Shown here piece after piece: positions 59,417 through 64,000 of a stretch of 64,000 bases of DNA (the stretch's first letter is position 1; every line of letters starts with the position of its first letter). This DNA comes from an uncultured Gammaproteobacteria bacterium (GTDB taxonomy: Bacteria; Patescibacteriota; Microgenomatia; Levybacterales; UBA12049): contig CAZSWA010000003.1 of the NCBI GenBank assembly GCA_964610465.1, positions 6,245-70,244 of the forward strand, in the 5' to 3' direction. Below the pieces are notes generated by a model. It worked only from the letters and a program-made list of their open reading frames with translations. It was not told the DNA's origin and searched no databases. Position numbers and translations under genes: made by a program.

Positions 59417-60055
59417 ATGGATACAAAACAGAATTTAACTACATTTTATATTGTTCGACATGGCGAAACAGAATGGAATGTATCTGGTATTATACAAGGT
59501 CAACTTGATTCACAATTAACAGTGAGAGGTTTGCAACAAGCTCAAGAAACTGCTCAAGAATTAAGAGAGATTCCCTTCGATGCAATTTTTTCTTCAGATT
59601 TATTGCGCGCGAAAAGAACGGCAGAGATAATTAAACTAAACAGACAACTTGCTATAGTTACCAAAAAAGCCTTAAGAGAAAGGACTTTTGGCGATTACGA
59701 TGGGAAATCTGCTGAAGAATACAAAAAAGAAACAAAACATTTATTTGAGAAATATCAACAGTTATCAGAACAGGAACAGTGGAAGTTTAAATTTACAGAA
59801 GGATATGAAAGCGATGAAAAGCTTCTAAGTCGCTTTATTACTTTCATAAGAGAAATAGCGATTGCTTTTCCCAATAAAACTATACTTGTAGTAACACACG
59901 GTGGAACAATTCGAACATTTTTAATGCATATTGGTTTTGCAAATTATGGTGAATTAGTAGCAGGTACTTTTAATAATGCAGGCTATATTAACATGCAAAG
60001 CGATGGAGTAGATTTTTTTGTGAAAGAAGTGAAAGGTCTTAAGAAAAAAAAATGA
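59417..60055 (+). CDS. Histidine phosphatase family protein (paralogue of the previous gene)
   Basis: RHGETEWN, SSDLLRAKRTA, RER, THGG. Confidence 0.9.
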   Translation: MDTKQNLTTFYIVRHGETEWNVSGIIQGQLDSQLTVRGLQQAQETAQELREIPFDAIFSSDLLRAKRTAEIIKLNRQLAIVTKKALRERTFGDYDGKSAEEYKKETKHLFEKYQQLSEQEQWKFKFTEGYESDEKLLSRFITFIREIAIAFPNKTILVVTHGGTIRTFLMHIGFANYGELVAGTFNNAGYINMQSDGVDFFVKEVKGLKKKK

Positions 60056-61470
60056 CTACTATGGATATTGCAAATTTAACCATTAAAGAAACTTTACAGA
60101 AATTACAGAGAAAAGAAATTTCGTCTGTTGAGCTTACAAAAGCATATATTGAACGGATTAAGAAACTCAATCCAAAATTAAATGCGTTTATTACTATTTC
60201 TGAAAAAGAAGCATTTGATGCTGCTAAAAGAGCTGATGAAATTCTTGCAAATGGAAGTACTCTTCCTCTTCTTGGAATTCCGGTTGCGTTAAAAGATTTA
60301 TATCTCACAAAAGGCATACGTACGACTGCAGCATCGAAAGTTTTGGATAATTATATTCCTCAATATGACGCGACTGCAGTTAAAAAACTCAAAGAAGCGG
60401 GTGCTGTAATACTTGGAAAAGCCAACTGTGATGCATGGGCACATGGGTCATCTGGTGAAAATTCAGATTATGGTGCAGCCAAAAATCCGTATAACACTGA
60501 TTTTGTTCCAGGAGGTTCATCAAGTGGTTCTGCTGCTGCAGTTGCAGCTGATATGGCACTTATGGCGACTGGGACAGATACCGGCGGCTCTATCAGACTC
60601 CCTGCAAGTTTTTGTAATGTCGTTGGACTCAAACCAACCTACGGCAGAGTAAGCCGCTATGGAGTTGTGGCAATGGCATCATCGCTTGATTCAATCGGAC
60701 ATTTTACGAAAACTGTTGAAGACAATGCACTGATACTCAAAATAACTGCAGGTCATGATGATTTTGATGCCACTACTCCGCAAGTTAAAGTGCCTGACTA
60801 TACAAAAGGTATTGAGAAAGGCGTAAAAGGACTTAAAATTGGAGTTCCAAAAGAGTATTTTGTTGAGGGGATGGATGAACAGGTAAAAGATTTGACCAAA
60901 AAAGTACTTGCGTTTTATGAATCAAAAGGCGCAGAACTTATAGATATCTCACTTCCCCACACAGAATATGCAATTGCTGTGTATTATATAGTCCAGACTG
61001 CAGAAGTTTCATCCAATCTCGCGCGATATGACGGTATACGATATGGTAATGACAGAAGTCATTTTGGAGATGAAGCCAAACGCAGAATTATGCTTGGCAC
61101 CTATGTCTTGTCTGCTGGATATTATGATGCATATTATAAAAAGGCCATGCAAGTTCGAACACTTATCAAAAAAGATTATGAAGATGCATGGAAAAAGGTT
61201 GATGTCATTATGGCACCTGCCTCACCTACTCTCCCTTGGAAATTGGGAGAAAAAGTCAATGACCCGCTCAAGATGTATTTATCAGATATTTTTACCGTAA
61301 CCGGAAACTTAGCAGGAATTCCAGGACTTTCAATTCCTGGCGGGTTTATTGATGGCTTACCGGTTGGGATACAGATTCTTGGCAAACAATTTTCAGAAGA
61401 CATGCTCTATCGAGTTGCGTATGCGTTTGAAAGAGAAAATCCTTTCTGGAAGGAAAAACCAAAAATATGA
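60052..61470 (+). CDS. gatA: Asp/Glu-tRNA amidotransferase subunit A
   Basis: KD, GGSSSGS, TDTGGSIRLPA, SSNLARYDG, KRRIMLGT. Confidence 0.96.
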   Translation: MTTMDIANLTIKETLQKLQRKEISSVELTKAYIERIKKLNPKLNAFITISEKEAFDAAKRADEILANGSTLPLLGIPVALKDLYLTKGIRTTAASKVLDNYIPQYDATAVKKLKEAGAVILGKANCDAWAHGSSGENSDYGAAKNPYNTDFVPGGSSSGSAAAVAADMALMATGTDTGGSIRLPASFCNVVGLKPTYGRVSRYGVVAMASSLDSIGHFTKTVEDNALILKITAGHDDFDATTPQVKVPDYTKGIEKGVKGLKIGVPKEYFVEGMDEQVKDLTKKVLAFYESKGAELIDISLPHTEYAIAVYYIVQTAEVSSNLARYDGIRYGNDRSHFGDEAKRRIMLGTYVLSAGYYDAYYKKAMQVRTLIKKDYEDAWKKVDVIMAPASPTLPWKLGEKVNDPLKMYLSDIFTVTGNLAGIPGLSIPGGFIDGLPVGIQILGKQFSEDMLYRVAYAFERENPFWKEKPKI

Positions 61471-62810
61471 AATACTTACCAATCATTGGACTTGAAGTAC
61501 ATGTGGAGCTCAAAACAGCATCCAAAATGTTTTGCAGATGTTCTGCTGATTATTTTGGCAAAGAACCAAATACTCATACTTGTCCTGTATGTCTTGGTTT
61601 ACCTGGCGCATTACCGGTACCAAACAAAAAAGCAATTGAATGGTGTGTTGCGATAGGAATTGCATTACATTGTGAAATTAATGGCTTTTCCAAATTTGAC
61701 AGGAAAAATTATTTTTATCCTGATTTGGCAAAAGGTTATCAGATAAGCCAGTATGATTTACCGTTTGGAAGTAATGGATATGTAGTGCTCGCAAATGGCA
61801 AAAAAATCCATATCAGACGAGTGCATATGGAAGAAGATACAGGCAAACTGATTCATCAGGAAGTGCATGGAGAAAAAGTAAGTTTGATTGATTTTAATAG
61901 AAGCGGGGTTCCACTTGTCGAGATAGTAACCGAACCTGATTTCCATGAGGCTTTAGAAGTCAAAGAATATCTGCAAAAACTTCAACAAATAGTACGATAT
62001 TTGGATGTCTCAAATGCTGATATGGAAAAAGGTGACATGCGCCTTGAACCAAATATTTCATTACAAAAAATTGATGCAAAAGAATTACCAAATTATAAAG
62101 TAGAAGTAAAAAATATTAATTCTTTCCGTTTTGTAGAAAAAACAATAAATTATGAACTAAAGCGCCAGGAAGAAATTTTGGAAAAAGGAGAAACTCCCTT
62201 GCAGGAAACTCGCGGGTGGAATGAAACAAAACAGAAAACATTTTCTCAAAGAGTAAAAGAAGAAGCCAATGATTATCGCTATTTCCCAGAACCTGATATT
62301 CCGCCGATCTTGTTCACCAATGTACAGATTAGCAATATAAGAAAGCTTGTGCCAGAATTACCGGACCAGAAAATTGCCCGTTTCCAGAGAGAGTATGCAC
62401 TTCCCTACTATGATGCGGAAATTCTCACACGAGAAAAATCTCTTGCCGATTATTTTGAAGAAGCAGTAAAGATATGTCAAGAATTAAAAAACAAAAACCA
62501 TGAAACAATAGACGCAAAAGTTGTTGTGAATTGGATTATTAATAAAAAAGTGAATACGACAATAACTCTTCCGGCACAACTTATTGCGCTGATACTTTCT
62601 GCCAAACAAACAGTTCAGGTCGATGAAAAAGAACTGGAAAAAATAATTGATGGAGTGCTAAAAGAAAATGCAAAAGCAGTTGAAGATTATAAAAAAGGTA
62701 AAGAAGCATCCCTTATGTTTTTGCTTGGACAAGTAATGAGAAACTTCAAACAAAAAGTCGATGCAAAAATAGTTAGAGAGAAAATAGAAAAAAAACTTAA
62801 ATCTACTTAA
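61467..62810 (+). CDS. gatB: Asp/Glu-tRNA amidotransferase subunit B
   Basis: IGLEVHVEL, FDRKNYFYPD, HMEEDTG, YRYFPEPD. Confidence 0.97.
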   Translation: MKYLPIIGLEVHVELKTASKMFCRCSADYFGKEPNTHTCPVCLGLPGALPVPNKKAIEWCVAIGIALHCEINGFSKFDRKNYFYPDLAKGYQISQYDLPFGSNGYVVLANGKKIHIRRVHMEEDTGKLIHQEVHGEKVSLIDFNRSGVPLVEIVTEPDFHEALEVKEYLQKLQQIVRYLDVSNADMEKGDMRLEPNISLQKIDAKELPNYKVEVKNINSFRFVEKTINYELKRQEEILEKGETPLQETRGWNETKQKTFSQRVKEEANDYRYFPEPDIPPILFTNVQISNIRKLVPELPDQKIARFQREYALPYYDAEILTREKSLADYFEEAVKICQELKNKNHETIDAKVVVNWIINKKVNTTITLPAQLIALILSAKQTVQVDEKELEKIIDGVLKENAKAVEDYKKGKEASLMFLLGQVMRNFKQKVDAKIVREKIEKKLKST

Positions 62811-63664
62811 TGCGAGAAATAGAAAATTCAGACGCAAATATACCCTCAAAGCTTAAAAATCCTGCGGACAGGCATGAACGAGTCACAAGAAGAATAAATG
62901 TTGTAAAAAAATATGCTCTTTCTCATGGAGTAAAAATACCAGAAGAAGTAGTTGAAGATGAACATTTCTGGTATAGACTGATGGAGAAATATTATCCTGT
63001 GACACAAGATATTGATAGAAATATACCTAATAAAAATACGAGAAGAGCTGTTTCTTTTAAAATAGCCGTACGACATACTAAGGAAATTCTCACAGAAGAG
63101 AAAGAAAAGTTAACTGATGGATTAACAGGTGCATGGTCTAGAAAAGCTTTAGAAAACTATATTGATAATATTATGACTCATATTAGAGAGAATCAAAGCT
63201 TAGGACTTATTTTTATAGATATTGATGATTTTAAGAAATATAATACTGAATATATGTATAGCACAGGAGATGTAGTACTTATGCAGCTTACAAATTTAAT
63301 AAATCAAAATATTTCTGATATCGATATGTTGGGGAGGTATGGCGGAGATGAATTTGTAGTAGTAATGCCACGGCTTACTCACCGAAAAGCTGTTTTGAAT
63401 AAAGCAAAAAGATTAAAACGGGTATTAAATAAACAGTTAAAAGCAAATGTAAAAACAAACCTCATTATAAAAGACGAAACATTAATAGAAAAATTTGAGC
63501 ATGATACGGTTACAGTCAGTGCGGGGGTTGGTATATTAACTTCACAAGATAAAGGAAAACCAGCCTTAGAGCTCTTAGACACAACAAGTAAACATATACA
63601 TGAAGCAAAAGGTGAAGGAAAAGATATGATAGTTGGTGAAATAGATTTACAAAAAAAAGTTTAA
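62810..63664 (+). CDS. Diguanylate cyclase (GGDEF) with an unknown N-terminal domain
   Basis: DGLTG, DIDDFKKYN, GD, GRYGGDEF, TVSAG, AKGEGK. Confidence 0.85.
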   Translation: MREIENSDANIPSKLKNPADRHERVTRRINVVKKYALSHGVKIPEEVVEDEHFWYRLMEKYYPVTQDIDRNIPNKNTRRAVSFKIAVRHTKEILTEEKEKLTDGLTGAWSRKALENYIDNIMTHIRENQSLGLIFIDIDDFKKYNTEYMYSTGDVVLMQLTNLINQNISDIDMLGRYGGDEFVVVMPRLTHRKAVLNKAKRLKRVLNKQLKANVKTNLIIKDETLIEKFEHDTVTVSAGVGILTSQDKGKPALELLDTTSKHIHEAKGEGKDMIVGEIDLQKKV

Positions 63665-63700
63665 AAATCAAGAAAATGATATATAATAGGATAGACCTAT

Positions 63701-64000
63701 ATGTCCGATTTTGTTCATCTCCATAACCATTCTGAATATTCTCTTCTTGATGGTCTTTCTAAAGTGAAAGATATGGTTAATCGCGCGAAAGAATTGAAGA
63801 TGCCTGCTTTGGCGATAACAGATCATGGCAATATGTATGGCACAATAAAATTCTACAAAGCCTGTCTTGAAACAAATGTCAAACCTATTATCGGTTGTGA
63901 AATTTATATTGCCAAACGCTCCTTGCATGATAAAGATACGGTCCTTGATAAAGATTATAACCATCTTATTTTATTGGCTGAAAATAACACCGGTTATAAA
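63701..64000 (+). CDS. dnaE: DNA polymerase III alpha subunit, 3'-truncated by the window edge
   Basis: Missing from the ORF track; [18 protein letters not shown]...[10 protein letters not shown]...KPIIGCE...HLILLAEN. Confidence 0.95.
   Translation, partial: MSDFVHLHNHSEYSLLDGLSKVKDMVNRAKELKMPALAITDHGNMYGTIKFYKACLETNVKPIIGCEIYIAKRSLHDKDTVLDKDYNHLILLAENNTGYK

Noticed and set aside
6269-63582. Many 60-140 aa ORFs nested in or antisense to recognised genes (e.g. in pyrG, uvrB, pyk, polX, gatA)
   Set aside because: No motifs or independent start signals; expected by chance.
63668-63964. Minus-strand 98-aa ORF
   Set aside because: Antisense shadow of the dnaE 5' end.
1-64000. CRISPR array, rRNA, integrase or transposase
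   Set aside because: No regularly spaced repeats, rRNA-like sequence or recombinase motifs were seen.

Overview
AT-rich, gene-dense bacterial chromosome segment. Gene content (type IV pilus cluster, many GT-C/GT2 membrane glycosyltransferases, partial glycolysis, MurT/GatD, orphan response regulators, short ORFans, starts sitting just behind -10 boxes) points to a Patescibacteria/CPR genome, probably Microgenomates (inference). Genetic code 11. Housekeeping genes include greA, holA, rsmI, lexA, uvrB, pyk, eno, gpmA, rplS, pyrG, polX, lemA, htpX, gatCAB, partial dnaE, tRNA-Gly(CCC) and tRNA-Asp(GTC). No CRISPR array, rRNA, integrase or transposase was seen. The most notable items are: (1) an operon-like GT-C + BcsA/CrdS-like GT2 synthase + HlyD-like adaptor + GH81 beta-1,3-glucanase, a candidate beta-1,3 or mixed-linkage glucan system; (2) two tandem major pilin genes with a gene-conversion-like mosaic, next to a putative glycosylation cassette; (3) a PEP-synthase homologue with a degenerate ATP-grasp site but an intact phospho-His, divergent from a kinase-less Hpt/receiver/pilB operon; (4) an MshC-like CysRS paralogue; (5) a candidate LexA operator. 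All calls come from motif recognition by eye; no searches were run.
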